Source of the DNA: Actinotalea sp.
GTDB taxonomy: Bacteria > Actinomycetota > Actinomycetes > Actinomycetales > Cellulomonadaceae
Direction: 5' to 3'
Length of the DNA: 61,408 bases
Assembly (NCBI GenBank): GCA_036504175.1
Contig: DASXVR010000094.1
Coordinates: 1-61,408, forward strand
Of this stretch, positions 9,098 through 20,061 are shown piece by piece; the stretch's first letter is position 1, and every line of letters starts with the position of its first letter. Both the position numbers and the translations under genes were made by a program. The notes under the pieces were generated by a model. That model did no database searches. It was not told the DNA's origin and saw only the letters and a program-made list of their open reading frames with translations.

Positions 9098-11194
9098 GTG
9101 ACGTCCCCCCAGGGCCGGATGCGCCCACGGCATCATGCTGTCCGTCACCTCGTCGACCTCCTGGGGACGTTCGGGCTCGCAGCGGCGGACTTCACCGATC
9201 CTGGCGCCGTCGAGCAGGTCCGGCTGACCGGGCTGGCGGTGGGCTCCGCAGACGTGATGGCCGGCGACCTCTTCGTCGCGATGCCCGGCCTGCGCGCCCA
9301 CGGCGCCGACTACGCCACCGAGGCCGTAGCCGCCGGCGCCGTAGCCGTCCTCACCGACCGTGACGGGGCGCGCCTGCTCGGCGCGAACCCACCGGGCGTC
9401 CCGGTCGTCGTCACGGCCGACGTGCCACCCCGCACCCTCGTCGGGCCGGTCTCCGCCTGGTTCTACGGCGAGCCCGCGCGCGACCTGACGGTGGTGGGGA
9501 TCACCGGCACCAACGGCAAGACGACCACCTGCTACTTCGTGGACGCCGCCCTGCGGACCCGGCACCGCACGACCGCCGTCGTCGGGACCGTCGAGCTCCG
9601 GGTTGGCGAGGAGGCGATCGAGAGCCCCCGCACCACCGTGGAGGCGCCCGTGCTGCACGGCCTCTTCGCACTCATGCGCGAGCGCGGCGCGACTGCCTGC
9701 TCGATGGAGGTGTCCTCGCACGCCCTGGCCCTCGAGAGGGTCGGCGGGGTGCAGTTCGACGTGGTCGGCTTCACGAACCTGCAGCGTGACCACCTCGACT
9801 TCCACGGCGACATGGAGGGCTACTTCCGCGACAAGTCGCGCCTCTTCGCGCCCGGACGCGCCCGCCGCGCCGTCGTGTGCGTCGACGACGAGTGGGGGGT
9901 CCGGCTCGCTGCGGAGACCGCGCTCCCTGTCGACACCGTGGCGACACGAGCCGGGTCTGCCGGTGCGGCGAGCGCCGGCTGGCGGGTCACGGACGCCACC
10001 ATCGGCCTGGACGGGGTGGGCTCGACCTTCACCCTGACGGGTCCGCAGGGTGATTCCGTCGGGGCGTCGAGCCCCCTGCCGGGTCTGGTCAACGTCTCCA
10101 ACGCCGCGCTGGCGATCGTCCTCGCGCACCGTGCGGGCATCCCGCTGGAGCAGGCCGTCGAGGGTGTGGCCGGGGCCCATGCCGTGCCGGGCCGGATGGA
10201 GCGGGTGCTCGAGCGCGGAGCGGGCCGGCCTCTGTGCCTGGTCGACTACGCGCACACGCCCGACGCCCTCGTCCTCGCTCTCGAGGCCGTCCGCCCGATC
10301 ACCCCCGGCCGGCTGATCATCGTGTTCGGTTCCGACGGTGACCGGGACCGCGGTAAGCGCCCGATCATGGGCCAGATCGCCGCGCGCCTGGCCGACGTGC
10401 TCGTGGTCACCGATGAGAACCCGCGTTCGGAGGTCCCAGGTGACATCCGAGCGGCCATCCTGACCGGGGTCCTCGAGGAGCGGCCGGGAGGTCGCGACGT
10501 CCACGAGGTCGACTCGCGCGCGGAGGCGATCCGGACGGCCCTGCGCCTCGCCCAGGAGGCGGACACCGTGATCGTGACCGGCAAGGGCCACGAACCCACG
10601 CAGGAGATCGCCGGGGTGTTCCACCGGTACAACGACCGCGACGTCTTCCTCGCGGCCGTCGCCGAGCATGCCGGGGCCGAGGAGGCTCCGGCTGACGGGG
10701 CTGCTGCTGACGTCCCGTCGGTGACGCGCCGCCCGGACGGGGTGACGGTCGTCGACGAGACGGACGAGGCCAGCGTCACCACGGTGCGGGACGCGCTGCG
10801 CGACCTCGCGGTGCGGACGAGGGCCGGCGAGACGTCCGCCCTGGCTGCGGACGGACCGGACCGGCGCGGGCGGAGCATCGCCGTGCTCGGCGCCGTCGAC
10901 GGGCTGGGAGAAGGCGCCGTCCAGGAGCTCGACGCTCTCGGGCGCCTGGCCGTCCGCCTCGACATCACGCGCCTGGTGGTCGTCGGCACCCCCGCCCGCG
11001 CCATCCACACCGGCGCGCTCCAGGAGGGCTCGTTCGGCGAGGAGACGCGGTTCGTCGCGGACCCGGCCGCGGCCGTGGCCTGGCTCGACGCCGAGGTCCG
11101 ACCCGGTGACGTGGTGCTCGTCAAGGCCTCGCCGTCCGCCGGGCTGGACCAGGTGGCGCGCTGGCTGACCGGGGCCGAGGTGAGCGGCCGATGA
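9098..11194 (+). CDS. murE: MurE ligase with an in-frame, degenerate MurF C-terminal domain
   Basis: MurE motifs [59 protein letters not shown]. About 157 further residues resemble the MurF C-terminus ([37 protein letters not shown]). The GTG at 9098 follows TAGATT by 7 nt. Confidence 0.9.
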   Translation: MTSPQGRMRPRHHAVRHLVDLLGTFGLAAADFTDPGAVEQVRLTGLAVGSADVMAGDLFVAMPGLRAHGADYATEAVAAGAVAVLTDRDGARLLGANPPGVPVVVTADVPPRTLVGPVSAWFYGEPARDLTVVGITGTNGKTTTCYFVDAALRTRHRTTAVVGTVELRVGEEAIESPRTTVEAPVLHGLFALMRERGATACSMEVSSHALALERVGGVQFDVVGFTNLQRDHLDFHGDMEGYFRDKSRLFAPGRARRAVVCVDDEWGVRLAAETALPVDTVATRAGSAGAASAGWRVTDATIGLDGVGSTFTLTGPQGDSVGASSPLPGLVNVSNAALAIVLAHRAGIPLEQAVEGVAGAHAVPGRMERVLERGAGRPLCLVDYAHTPDALVLALEAVRPITPGRLIIVFGSDGDRDRGKRPIMGQIAARLADVLVVTDENPRSEVPGDIRAAILTGVLEERPGGRDVHEVDSRAEAIRTALRLAQEADTVIVTGKGHEPTQEIAGVFHRYNDRDVFLAAVAEHAGAEEAPADGAAADVPSVTRRPDGVTVVDETDEASVTTVRDALRDLAVRTRAGETSALAADGPDRRGRSIAVLGAVDGLGEGAVQELDALGRLAVRLDITRLVVVGTPARAIHTGALQEGSFGEETRFVADPAAAVAWLDAEVRPGDVVLVKASPSAGLDQVARWLTGAEVSGR

Positions 11195-12273
11195 GGGGGG
11201 TACTGATCGCGGGCGGGCTCTCGATGCTCATCGCGCTCCTGGCGACGCCGCTGTTCATCCGTTTCCTGGTGCGCCGGCAGTACGGCCAGTTCATCCGGCA
11301 GGACGGGCCCACCGCCCACTTCACCAAGCGCGGCACGCCGACGATGGGTGGGGTCGTCATCATCGTGGCGACGCTGCTCGGCTGGGCCGGTGCGGGCCTG
11401 GCCACCGGGACGGTGCCCAGCGCGTCCGCCACGCTCGTCCTCTTCCTGATGACAGGCCTGGGCGTCGTCGGGTTCCTGGACGACTTCATCAAGATCTCCC
11501 GGCAGCGCAGCCTCGGGCTCTCCGCACGCTGGAAGGTGGCCGGCCAGGGTCTGGTCGGCCTGACCTTCTCGGTGCTCGCGCTCAAGTTCCCGAACGAGAA
11601 CTTCCGCACGCCGGCGTCCACGCACATCTCGTTCATCCGCGACACCCGCCTGGACCTCGCCTTCGCCGGGACCACCATCGGGCTGATCCTCTTCGTGGTC
11701 TGGGCCAACTTCCTCATCACCGCCTGGTCGAACGCGGTCAACCTGACCGACGGGCTCGACGGGCTGGCCACGGGCGTCTCGCTCATCGTCTTCGGCGCGT
11801 ACGTGATCGTCGGGGTCTGGCAGAACAACCAGACCTGCCAGGACCTCGCGACGGCCGGGCCACGCTGCTACGAGGCGAGGGACCCGCTGGCCCTGGCGGT
11901 GGTGGCCGCAGCCGTGACGGGTGCCTGCTTCGGGTTCCTGTGGTGGAACGCGTCGCCCGCCCGCATCTTCATGGGCGACACCGGCTCCCTCGCGCTCGGC
12001 GGCGCGCTGGCCGGCCTGTCGATCCTGTCCCGCACGGAGATCCTCGGCGCCATCATCGGTGGCCTGTTCGTCGTGATCGTCCTCTCTGACGTCATCCAGA
12101 TCGGCTTCTTCAAGCTCACCGGTAAACGGGTGTTCAAGATGGCTCCGCTGCACCACCACTTCGAGCTGTCGGGGTGGGGCGAGGTCACCATCGTGATCCG
12201 GTTCTGGATCATCGCCGGGCTGTGCGTCGCGGCCGGGGTGGGGATCTTCTACGCCGAGTGGGTGGCCGGCTAG
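11191..12273 (+). CDS. mraY: Phospho-N-acetylmuramoyl-pentapeptide transferase
   Basis: [48 protein letters not shown]. Confidence 0.97.
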   Translation: MRGVLIAGGLSMLIALLATPLFIRFLVRRQYGQFIRQDGPTAHFTKRGTPTMGGVVIIVATLLGWAGAGLATGTVPSASATLVLFLMTGLGVVGFLDDFIKISRQRSLGLSARWKVAGQGLVGLTFSVLALKFPNENFRTPASTHISFIRDTRLDLAFAGTTIGLILFVVWANFLITAWSNAVNLTDGLDGLATGVSLIVFGAYVIVGVWQNNQTCQDLATAGPRCYEARDPLALAVVAAAVTGACFGFLWWNASPARIFMGDTGSLALGGALAGLSILSRTEILGAIIGGLFVVIVLSDVIQIGFFKLTGKRVFKMAPLHHHFELSGWGEVTIVIRFWIIAGLCVAAGVGIFYAEWVAG

Positions 12274-13706
12274 TGGCGACCGACGAGCTCCGGGGCCGGC
12301 GGGTGCTGGTCGCGGGCCTCGGGGTGTCGGGCCGGGCGGCCGCGGGCGCGCTGCGCACCGCCGGCGCCGAGGTCACCACGCTCGACGAGAACGACGCCGA
12401 CGCGGACGTGGTGCGGCAGGAGGACGTGGACCTGGCCGGCCTCGACCTGGTGGTCGCCTCTCCGGGGTGGGCGCCGTCGTCGCCGGTGCTCGTCGCCGCC
12501 GCCGAGCGGGGAGTGCCGGTGTGGAGCGAGGTCGAGCTCGCCTGGCGGCTGCGCGCCGACCGCGACGGCGGACGCGGACCGGCGCCCTGGCTCGTGGTGA
12601 CCGGGACGAACGGCAAGACGACGACGGTCGGGATGCTCGGCGCGATCCTGACGGCAGCGGGGGAGCGCGCAGCCGTGGTGGGCAACGTCGGGACGCCTGT
12701 GGTGGAGGCAGCCACGGACCCCGCGCTGGACGTGCTGGCCGTCGAGCTGTCCAGCTTCCAGCTCCACTACACCTCGACCATGGCGGCGCAGGCGGCAGCG
12801 GTGCTGAACATCGCACCCGACCACCTCGACTGGCACGGCAGCTTCGACGCCTACGTCGAGGACAAGGCCCGGATCTTCGAGCGCGTCGAGGTCGCCTGCG
12901 TGTACGGCGCGGGGGACGACGTGGTCGAGGGCCTCGTCCGCGAGGCGGACGTGGCCGACGGTGCGCGTGCGACAGCGGTGACGCTCGGTGCGCCGGGCCC
13001 CGGTCAGCTCGGGGTCGTCGACGGCATCCTCGTCGACCGGGCCTTCCACACGCTGCTCGACGACCCGCACCGCCAGAAGTCCGCGGCCGAGCTCGGCACC
13101 GTCGAGGACCTCGCCGCCCTCGAGTCCGACGACGGGCGTCTGCCCCCGCACCTCGTCGTCGACGCGCTCACGGCCGCTGCGCTCGCCCGTGCCCACGGCG
13201 TACCGGCTCGGGCCGTCCGCGAAGGTCTGCGGGCCTACAGCCCGGGCGCCCACCGCATCGCGCTGGTCGCCACCGTCGACGGGGTGCGGTACGTCGACGA
13301 CTCGAAGGCCACGAACGCCCACGCGGCATCGGCATCCTTGGCGGGCCAGGCATCGGGGTCGGTGGTGTGGATCGCCGGTGGTCTCGCCAAGGGCGCCCGG
13401 TTCGAGGACCTGGTCGCACAGCGTGCGGACCGGCTGCGCGCCGTCGTGCTGATCGGCGTCGACGCCGAGCCCTGGTCGCAGGCACTTGCCCGACACGCAC
13501 CGGCAATCCCCGTCGTCCGCATCGATCCGGCTGACACTGGTCGGGTGATGACCCGTGCCGTGTCCGAGGCCCAGCGGCTTGCCGTCGCGGGCACGACAGT
13601 CCTGCTGGCACCGGCCGCCGCATCCATGGACCAGTTCGCGTCCTACGCCGACAGGGGTGAGGCGTTCGGGCGAGCCGTCCGTTCCCTCGCCGACCAGGAC
13701 CGCTGA
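12273..13706 (+). CDS. murD: UDP-MurNAc-L-Ala:D-Glu ligase
   Basis: [53 protein letters not shown]. Confidence 0.96.
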   Translation: MATDELRGRRVLVAGLGVSGRAAAGALRTAGAEVTTLDENDADADVVRQEDVDLAGLDLVVASPGWAPSSPVLVAAAERGVPVWSEVELAWRLRADRDGGRGPAPWLVVTGTNGKTTTVGMLGAILTAAGERAAVVGNVGTPVVEAATDPALDVLAVELSSFQLHYTSTMAAQAAAVLNIAPDHLDWHGSFDAYVEDKARIFERVEVACVYGAGDDVVEGLVREADVADGARATAVTLGAPGPGQLGVVDGILVDRAFHTLLDDPHRQKSAAELGTVEDLAALESDDGRLPPHLVVDALTAAALARAHGVPARAVREGLRAYSPGAHRIALVATVDGVRYVDDSKATNAHAASASLAGQASGSVVWIAGGLAKGARFEDLVAQRADRLRAVVLIGVDAEPWSQALARHAPAIPVVRIDPADTGRVMTRAVSEAQRLAVAGTTVLLAPAAASMDQFASYADRGEAFGRAVRSLADQDR

Positions 13707-13715
13707 GGCGCGCAC

Positions 13716-14975
13716 ATGGCCGTCCAGTCAGGCCTGCACGACGTCGAGGCCGCCCCGCGTGACCGCGCTGCCCTGCTCGGGCAGTGGAACAGCGCCGTCA
13801 CCAGCTACTACCTGATCCTCGGTTCGGCGACGCTGCTCGTCGCGCTGGGCCTGGTCATGGTGCTGTCCAGCTCGAGCGTCTCGTCGCTCGGCCTGACCGA
13901 CGGCGCGTCGCCGTACGCGATCTTCCTCAACCAGGCGAAGTTCGCGCTGATCGGCCTGCCGCTGGCCTGGATCGCCAGCCGGGTGCGACCCGGCGTCTAC
14001 AAGCGGTTCGCCTGGCACGGCCTGGCCCTGGCCGTCGTGCTCCAGCTGCTGGTGTTCACCCCGCTCGGCGTCTCCAGCCACGGGAACCGGAACTGGCTCA
14101 ACATCGGCGGTGGTCAGGCGATCCAGCCGTCCGAGCTCGCCAAGCTCGCCCTGGCGATCTGGCTCGGGGTGGTGCTCGCCCGCAAGCGCCCCCTCCTGAA
14201 CGAGTGGCTGCACGTGCTGGTGCCGGGGGTCGTCGTGGCGATGGCCGTCGTCGGGCTCGTGCTCAAGGGCGACGACCTGGGGACCGCGATCATCCTGCTG
14301 GTGCTGGTCGGCGGTGCGCTGTTCGTGGCGGGCGTGCCCCTGCGCATGTTCGGGGTTGCCGCGGCCGTCGCGGCCGTGGCGGTCGTCGCGCTCTCGCAGG
14401 TCAAGGAGAGCCGCATCGCCCGCATCGAGAGCTTCTTCAGCGGCACCTGCGACAAGCTCAACGAGTGCTACCAGACCACCCGCGGGATGTACGGGCTGGC
14501 CTCGGGCGGGCTGACCGGCATGGGGCTCGGCGAGAGCCGTGAGAAGTGGTCCTACCTGCCCGAGGGGCACAACGACTTCATCTTCGCCATCCTCGGCGAG
14601 GAGCTCGGCCTGCTCGGCACGCTGCTCGTCCTGGCCCTCTTCGGCGTGCTCGCCGTCGCGCTGACCCGGGTCATCCGACGCCACACGGACCCCTTCGTCC
14701 AGATCGCCACCGCCGGCATCGGAGCCTGGGTGCTGGGCCAGGCCCTGGTGAACATCGCCGTCGTGATCGGCCTGCTCCCCGTGATCGGGGTGCCGCTGCC
14801 GCTCGTGTCGGCGGGAGGCTCTGCACTGATCACGACGATGCTCGCGATCGGTGTGCTGCTGTCCTTCGCGCGCCACGAGCCCGGTGCCGCCGAGGCGCTC
14901 AGCGCCCGCGCCGGTGTGGTGCGCCGGTCGCTCGCCGTCGTCGGCGGCTCGGCCCGGCGGGTCCGCCGTGCTTGA
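13716..14975 (+). CDS. ftsW: SEDS peptidoglycan polymerase FtsW
   Basis: GLVMVLSSS, IQPSELAKL, DLGT, YLPEGHNDFIFAILGEELG, GVPLPLVSAGGS. Confidence 0.96.
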   Translation: MAVQSGLHDVEAAPRDRAALLGQWNSAVTSYYLILGSATLLVALGLVMVLSSSSVSSLGLTDGASPYAIFLNQAKFALIGLPLAWIASRVRPGVYKRFAWHGLALAVVLQLLVFTPLGVSSHGNRNWLNIGGGQAIQPSELAKLALAIWLGVVLARKRPLLNEWLHVLVPGVVVAMAVVGLVLKGDDLGTAIILLVLVGGALFVAGVPLRMFGVAAAVAAVAVVALSQVKESRIARIESFFSGTCDKLNECYQTTRGMYGLASGGLTGMGLGESREKWSYLPEGHNDFIFAILGEELGLLGTLLVLALFGVLAVALTRVIRRHTDPFVQIATAGIGAWVLGQALVNIAVVIGLLPVIGVPLPLVSAGGSALITTMLAIGVLLSFARHEPGAAEALSARAGVVRRSLAVVGGSARRVRRA

Positions 14976-16089
14976 GTCGGTCCTCCTCGCCGGTGGTGGT
15001 ACCGCCGGCCACGTCAACCCGCTGCTCGCCGTGGCCGACGAGCTGCGGCGGCGCAACCCCGACCTCCGGGTGACCGTCCTGGGCACTGCGACGGGCCTCG
15101 AGCACGACCTCGTGCCGGCCCGCGGCTACCCGCTCGTCGTGGTTCCCCGCGTCCCGCTGCCGCGCCGCCCCACGCCGGAGTGGTTCCGCCTGCCCGGACG
15201 CCTGTCCGAGGCGGTGCGCGTCGCGGGTGCGGCGATCGACGAGTCCGCTGCGCAGGTCGTGGTGGGCTTCGGCGGCTACGTCTCCACGCCGGCCTACCTG
15301 GCCGCGAGGTCACGCGGCGTGCCCGTCGTGATCCATGAACAGAACGCGCGGCCCGGTCTGGCGAACCGGCTCGGTGCGCGCTGGGCCCGGTCGGTCGCCG
15401 TGACGTTCCCCGGGACGCCCCTCGCTGGAGCCACGGTCACCGGCCTTCCTCTGCGCCCGGCCATCGCCGAGCTCGTCCGGGTGCGGGCCACGGACCCTGA
15501 CGGTGCGCGACGCGCCGCGGCCGCGGCCCTCGGGCTGGACCCAGGACGCACGACGCTGCTGGTCACCGGGGGGTCGCTCGGAGCGGTGAGCCTCAACTCC
15601 GCCGCCTCGTCCGCCGCCGCCGACCTGCTCGCCACCGGTGCCCAGGTGCTCCACCTGACCGGGGCGGGCAAGAGCGAGCCGGTGCACGAGGCGCTGGCCG
15701 CGATCGACGCGCAGCACTACCACGTGCGCGAGTACCTGGCAGAGATGGACCTCGCCCTCGCCGTCGCGGACGTCGTCCTCGCGCGGGCCGGCGCCGGGAC
15801 GGTCAGCGAGCTCGCAGCCCTCGGCATCCCCGCGGTGTACGTGCCGCTGCCCGTCGGCAACGGTGAGCAGCGGCTCAACGCCGCACCGGTCGTCGACGCC
15901 GGAGGCGGGCTGCTCGTCTCGGACGCCGAGCTCGACCGTGGCTGGCTCGCGGCCCACCTCGTCCCGCTGCTCGAGGACCCGGCCGTGCGCAGAACCATGG
16001 CCGCAGCAGCAGCGACGGTCGGCGTGGTCGACGCAGCGGCGCGGGTCGCCGACCTCGTCGAGGGCGCCGCAGGGCGGGCCGACCGATGA
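14968..16089 (+). CDS. murG: Lipid II GlcNAc transferase MurG
   Basis: LAGGGTAGHVNP, GFGGYVS, HEQNARPGLAN, GGSLGA, RAGAGTVSEL, GNGEQRLNA. Confidence 0.96.
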   Translation: MLESVLLAGGGTAGHVNPLLAVADELRRRNPDLRVTVLGTATGLEHDLVPARGYPLVVVPRVPLPRRPTPEWFRLPGRLSEAVRVAGAAIDESAAQVVVGFGGYVSTPAYLAARSRGVPVVIHEQNARPGLANRLGARWARSVAVTFPGTPLAGATVTGLPLRPAIAELVRVRATDPDGARRAAAAALGLDPGRTTLLVTGGSLGAVSLNSAASSAAADLLATGAQVLHLTGAGKSEPVHEALAAIDAQHYHVREYLAEMDLALAVADVVLARAGAGTVSELAALGIPAVYVPLPVGNGEQRLNAAPVVDAGGGLLVSDAELDRGWLAAHLVPLLEDPAVRRTMAAAAATVGVVDAAARVADLVEGAAGRADR

Positions 16090-17600
16090 CCGTGCGGACG
16101 GGTGACGGGTCTGACCTCCCCGAGGGGCCCGACGCCCAGCAGGCGGCATCCGGCGGGCGGCTCCGGGCCCTCGCGGAGCGCGGGCGGGTCCACCTCATCG
16201 GCGTCGGCGGTGCGGGCATGTCCGCGGTCGCCGCCCTCCTGCGTGCCCGCGGGCTCGAGGTGTCGGGGTCGGATGCGCGGGACGGGGCGGCGCTCGAGCT
16301 GCTGCGCGCCGCGGGGGTGACCGTGCACGTCGGCCACGACGCCCGGAACGTCGACGGGGCCGGGACGGTGGTCGTCTCGACGGCCATCCGCGCCACGAAC
16401 CCCGAGCTCGCCCGGGCCCGGGAGACAGGTGTCCCCGTGCTGCACCGCTCGGAGGCCCTCGCCGCCCTCATGGACGACCGTCGCGCCGTCGCGGTGGCCG
16501 GGGCCCACGGCAAGACCACGACGTCCGCGATGATCGCCGTCGCCCTGCGCCATGCGGGGCTCGACCCGTCCTACGCGATCGGCGGGACGGTCCTGGCCGC
16601 CCTCGACGACCTCACCGCCGCGACGGTGCCGTCGACGTCACCCGGCGGGGCGCACGACGGCGCCGGCGACGTGTTCGTGGCCGAGGCCGACGAGTCCGAC
16701 GGCTCCTTCCTGGCCTACCGGCCGACGATCGCCGTGGTCACCAACGTCGAGCCCGACCATCTGGACCACTACGGCACGCGGGAGGCGTTCGAGGCGGCCT
16801 TCGTCGCCTTCGCCCGCCGGGTCCGGCCCGGCGGCACGCTCGTGGTGTGCAGCGACGACCCGGGTGCAGCGGCGCTCGCCGAGGCCGCCCGCGCGGACGG
16901 GATCGCGGTGGTGACCTACGGCACCGGTGCCGCGGCGGACGTCCGGCTGGGCAGCTGGCTGACCGACGGTGGCGTGGGCGGCCACGCGACCGTCCGGTGG
17001 CCCGGTGACGCGCAGGACGTCGTGCTCGACCTGGCGGTGCCCGGAGCCCACAACGCGCTCGACGCTGCGGCGGCCTGGACCGTCGCGCGACTCCTGGGGG
17101 TCGACGGTACGACCGCCGCCGAGGGCCTCGCCGCGTTCCGGGGGACAGGCAGGCGGTTCGAGCTGCGCGGCACCGCCGGTGGCGTCCGGGTCGTCGACGA
17201 CTACGCCCACCATCCGACCGAGGTCGCCGCGCTGCTGCGCGCCGCACGGCAGGTCGCCGGCGCCGGCCGCGTGCTGGTCCTCTTCCAGCCTCACCTGTTC
17301 TCCCGGACGGCGACGTTCGCCGAGGAGTTCGGCGCGGCCCTCGGACTGGCCGACGTGGCGATCGTCACCGACGTCTACGCGGCCCGCGAGGACCCGGACC
17401 CCGCCGTCACGGGCGAGCTGATCACCCGCCACGTGCCTGAGCCCACGACGACGGCCTTCATCCCGGACCGGTTCGAGGCGGCGGCCGCGCTCGGGCGTCT
17501 GGCACGCCCGGGCGACCTGGTGCTCACGGTCGGCGCAGGAGACGTCACCGAGCTCGCCCCTGTCGTCCTCGACGCGGTCCCGACCGCGCCCGGCTCGTGA
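16086..17600 (+). CDS. murC: UDP-MurNAc:L-Ala ligase
   Basis: HLIGVGGAGMS, GAHGKTTTS, EADESDGSF, DHLDHYG, DDYAHHPTE, FQPH. Confidence 0.97.
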   Translation: MTVRTGDGSDLPEGPDAQQAASGGRLRALAERGRVHLIGVGGAGMSAVAALLRARGLEVSGSDARDGAALELLRAAGVTVHVGHDARNVDGAGTVVVSTAIRATNPELARARETGVPVLHRSEALAALMDDRRAVAVAGAHGKTTTSAMIAVALRHAGLDPSYAIGGTVLAALDDLTAATVPSTSPGGAHDGAGDVFVAEADESDGSFLAYRPTIAVVTNVEPDHLDHYGTREAFEAAFVAFARRVRPGGTLVVCSDDPGAAALAEAARADGIAVVTYGTGAAADVRLGSWLTDGGVGGHATVRWPGDAQDVVLDLAVPGAHNALDAAAAWTVARLLGVDGTTAAEGLAAFRGTGRRFELRGTAGGVRVVDDYAHHPTEVAALLRAARQVAGAGRVLVLFQPHLFSRTATFAEEFGAALGLADVAIVTDVYAAREDPDPAVTGELITRHVPEPTTTAFIPDRFEAAAALGRLARPGDLVLTVGAGDVTELAPVVLDAVPTAPGS

Positions 17601-17610
17601 CGGGCCGCTG

Positions 17611-18600
17611 ATGAGACCACCGCCACGTCCCCGCCGGGTGGCCCCCGTCGCCGCGGACCCGACACCCCCGTCTGCGCGTCCCGCCGGCGCCCCGGCGACG
17701 AGTCCGGCGACGAGTCCCGCGACGAGGCCGGCCACGAATCCGGCCAGCAAGCCACCCACGGTGCCGCCGGACGTGGTCCGCAGGCCCGACGAGGTCGTGG
17801 TCGCCACCCCGGGGACGTTCACCGACCTGCGGCGTTGGCGTCCGTCCCGTCCGCCGGTGGTGTCCACCGGCTCGGCGGCACGCTTCGCGGAACGGGTGAC
17901 CCTGCGCCGCAACCTCGCCCGACGACGGCTGGTGATCGCCGGGGGGGCCGTGGCAGGGCTCGCGGCGGTCGCCTGGACCCTCTTCTTCTCTCCTGTGCTT
18001 GCGCTCGACACCCGCGACCTCCAGGTCGAGGGGGAGGGGACGGTCGTGGACGTCTCCGCCGTCGCCGCCGTCGTCCAGGTGCAGGACGGCACGCCCCTGC
18101 CGCGGCTGGACACCGTCGCCCTGCGACGCGCGATCCTGGACGTCCCGGGGGTGCGGGCCGCGGTCGTGGCGCGCGCGTGGCCGCACGGGCTGCACATCAC
18201 CGTCGTGTCCCGCGAGCCGGTGGCCGCGGTGCCGGACGGGCACGGCTTCGCACTCCTGGACGTCGAGGGCGTCCAGGTCGGCCGCGGTGACGCGCCGCCG
18301 GACGGGCTGCCGGTGGTCTCGGTCCCGCGGGACGACAAGGATGCGCGTGCGATGACAGCCGTGCTCGCGGTGCTCCAGGAGCTGCCGCCCGAGCTGGCCG
18401 CCCAGGTCGTCTCGGCTTCTGCGGACACGCGTGACACGGTGGCCCTCGGCCTGAGCGACGGCGCCAAGGTCGAGTGGGGGAGCCCCGAGGACGGCGCCCT
18501 CAAGGTGCGGGTGCTCACCACGTTGCGTGCGGCGGAGGCGAGCAAGGGCGCAGCCGTCTTCGACGTCTCCGCGCCGACGCTCCCGATCACCCGTTCCTGA
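17611..18600 (+). CDS. ftsQ: Cell division protein FtsQ/DivIB
   Basis: Position upstream of ftsZ; single TM; POTRA-like region (GTPLPRLD..V.RAWPHGLHITV..REP); C-terminal FDVSAP. Confidence 0.88.
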   Translation: MRPPPRPRRVAPVAADPTPPSARPAGAPATSPATSPATRPATNPASKPPTVPPDVVRRPDEVVVATPGTFTDLRRWRPSRPPVVSTGSAARFAERVTLRRNLARRRLVIAGGAVAGLAAVAWTLFFSPVLALDTRDLQVEGEGTVVDVSAVAAVVQVQDGTPLPRLDTVALRRAILDVPGVRAAVVARAWPHGLHITVVSREPVAAVPDGHGFALLDVEGVQVGRGDAPPDGLPVVSVPRDDKDARAMTAVLAVLQELPPELAAQVVSASADTRDTVALGLSDGAKVEWGSPEDGALKVRVLTTLRAAEASKGAAVFDVSAPTLPITRS

Positions 18601-18633
18601 CCTCGCCGTCCCCCCGCCGGGGCAGCCAATCTC

Positions 18634-18682
18634 GCGACACGCGCGGTCGGTCGTTGCCGGGTCGCGGATCCGGACCTACCGT
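18634..18682 (+). promoter_or_regulatory. ftsZ promoter with an upstream GACAC (WhiA/WhiB-type) site
   Basis: GCGACACGC 18634-18642; TTGCCG 18654-18659, 17 nt, TACCGT 18677-18682. Confidence 0.6.
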
Positions 18683-18762
18683 CGCACTCGACAACATCTG
18701 ACATAACTCTAACCTTCGACTTGAACGTGAAGGTTTGCGATCGCAGGACGAGAGGCACCGAC

Positions 18763-20061
18763 GTGGCAGCTCCGCAGAACTACCTGGCGGTCATCAAGGT
18801 GGTGGGCATCGGGGGCGGTGGCGTGAACGCCGTCAACCGGATGATCGAGGTCGGCCTCAAGGGCGTCGAGTTCATCGCGATCAACACCGATGCGCAGGCT
18901 TTGCTGATGTCCGACGCCGACGTCAAGCTCGACGTCGGTCGCGAGCTGACCCGCGGACTGGGTGCCGGCGCCGACCCCGAGGTCGGCAAGAAGGCTGCCG
19001 ACGACCACGCGGAGGAGATCGAGGACGTCCTGCGCGGTGCGGACATGGTGTTCGTCACGGCCGGCGAGGGTGGTGGCACCGGCACCGGTGGCGCCCCCGT
19101 CGTGGCCCGCATCGCCCGCTCGCTCGGTGCGCTGACGATCGGTGTGGTCACCCGGCCGTTCACCTTCGAGGGCCGGCGCCGTTCCGTGCAGGCCGACTCC
19201 GGCATCGACCAGCTGCGCTCCGAGGTCGACACCCTCATCGTCATCCCGAACGACCGGCTGCTGTCCATCTCGGACAGGTCCGTCTCGGTGCTCGACGCCT
19301 TCCACTCCGCCGACCAGGTGCTGCTCTCGGGTGTCCAGGGGATCACCGACCTGATCACCACGCCGGGCCTGATCAACCTCGACTTCGCCGACGTGAAGAG
19401 CGTCATGCAGGGCGCCGGCAGCGCGCTCATGGGCATCGGCTCCGCCCGCGGCGAGGACCGTGCGGTCCAGGCCGCCGAGCTCGCGATCTCGTCCCCGCTG
19501 CTCGAGGCGAGCATCGACGGGGCTCACGGCGTCCTGCTCTCCATCCAGGGCGGCTCCGACCTGGGCCTGTTCGAGATCAACGAGGCGGCCCGCCTGGTCC
19601 AGGAGGCGGCGCACCCCGAGGCGAACATCATCTTCGGTGCTGTCATCGACGACGCCCTCGGCGACGAGGTGCGCGTGACGGTCATCGCGGCAGGCTTCGA
19701 CAGCGGCTCGCCGACGGTCCGCACGGACAGCCGCGCGCTCGGACAGATCTCGGGCGCCCCGCGCTTCCCGGTCACCGAGCCCGCGGCACGGCCGGCGACC
19801 TTCGACCTGCCCCCCGCCGTGCCGAGCCCGCACCGTGGACCGCAGGAGACCTGGCGCACGCCGGAGCCTGTCGCGCCGGTCGCCGACGAGCGGTCCGCCG
19901 ATGGCGCCCACCGCGACGAGGTCGCCGTCCCGTCCTTCCTGGCCGACGAGCGGGAGCCCCGCACCGGGGCCGTCGAGGTGCCCCGGGTGTTCGAGGACCG
20001 TCCTGCCCGCCGGGGCACCGACGACCTCGACCTGCCTGACTTCCTCAAGAACCCGCAGTGA
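18763..20061 (+). CDS. ftsZ: Cell division GTPase FtsZ
   Basis: [24 protein letters not shown] tubulin signature, INLDFADV, C-terminal [10 protein letters not shown]. Confidence 0.99.
   Translation: MAAPQNYLAVIKVVGIGGGGVNAVNRMIEVGLKGVEFIAINTDAQALLMSDADVKLDVGRELTRGLGAGADPEVGKKAADDHAEEIEDVLRGADMVFVTAGEGGGTGTGGAPVVARIARSLGALTIGVVTRPFTFEGRRRSVQADSGIDQLRSEVDTLIVIPNDRLLSISDRSVSVLDAFHSADQVLLSGVQGITDLITTPGLINLDFADVKSVMQGAGSALMGIGSARGEDRAVQAAELAISSPLLEASIDGAHGVLLSIQGGSDLGLFEINEAARLVQEAAHPEANIIFGAVIDDALGDEVRVTVIAAGFDSGSPTVRTDSRALGQISGAPRFPVTEPAARPATFDLPPAVPSPHRGPQETWRTPEPVAPVADERSADGAHRDEVAVPSFLADEREPRTGAVEVPRVFEDRPARRGTDDLDLPDFLKNPQ

Noticed and set aside
10670-11194. murF as a frameshifted pseudogene or a separate ORF
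   Set aside because: Only about 520 bp are available. No MurF N-terminal or ATP-binding motifs appear in the other frames, and the remnant is in frame with murE.
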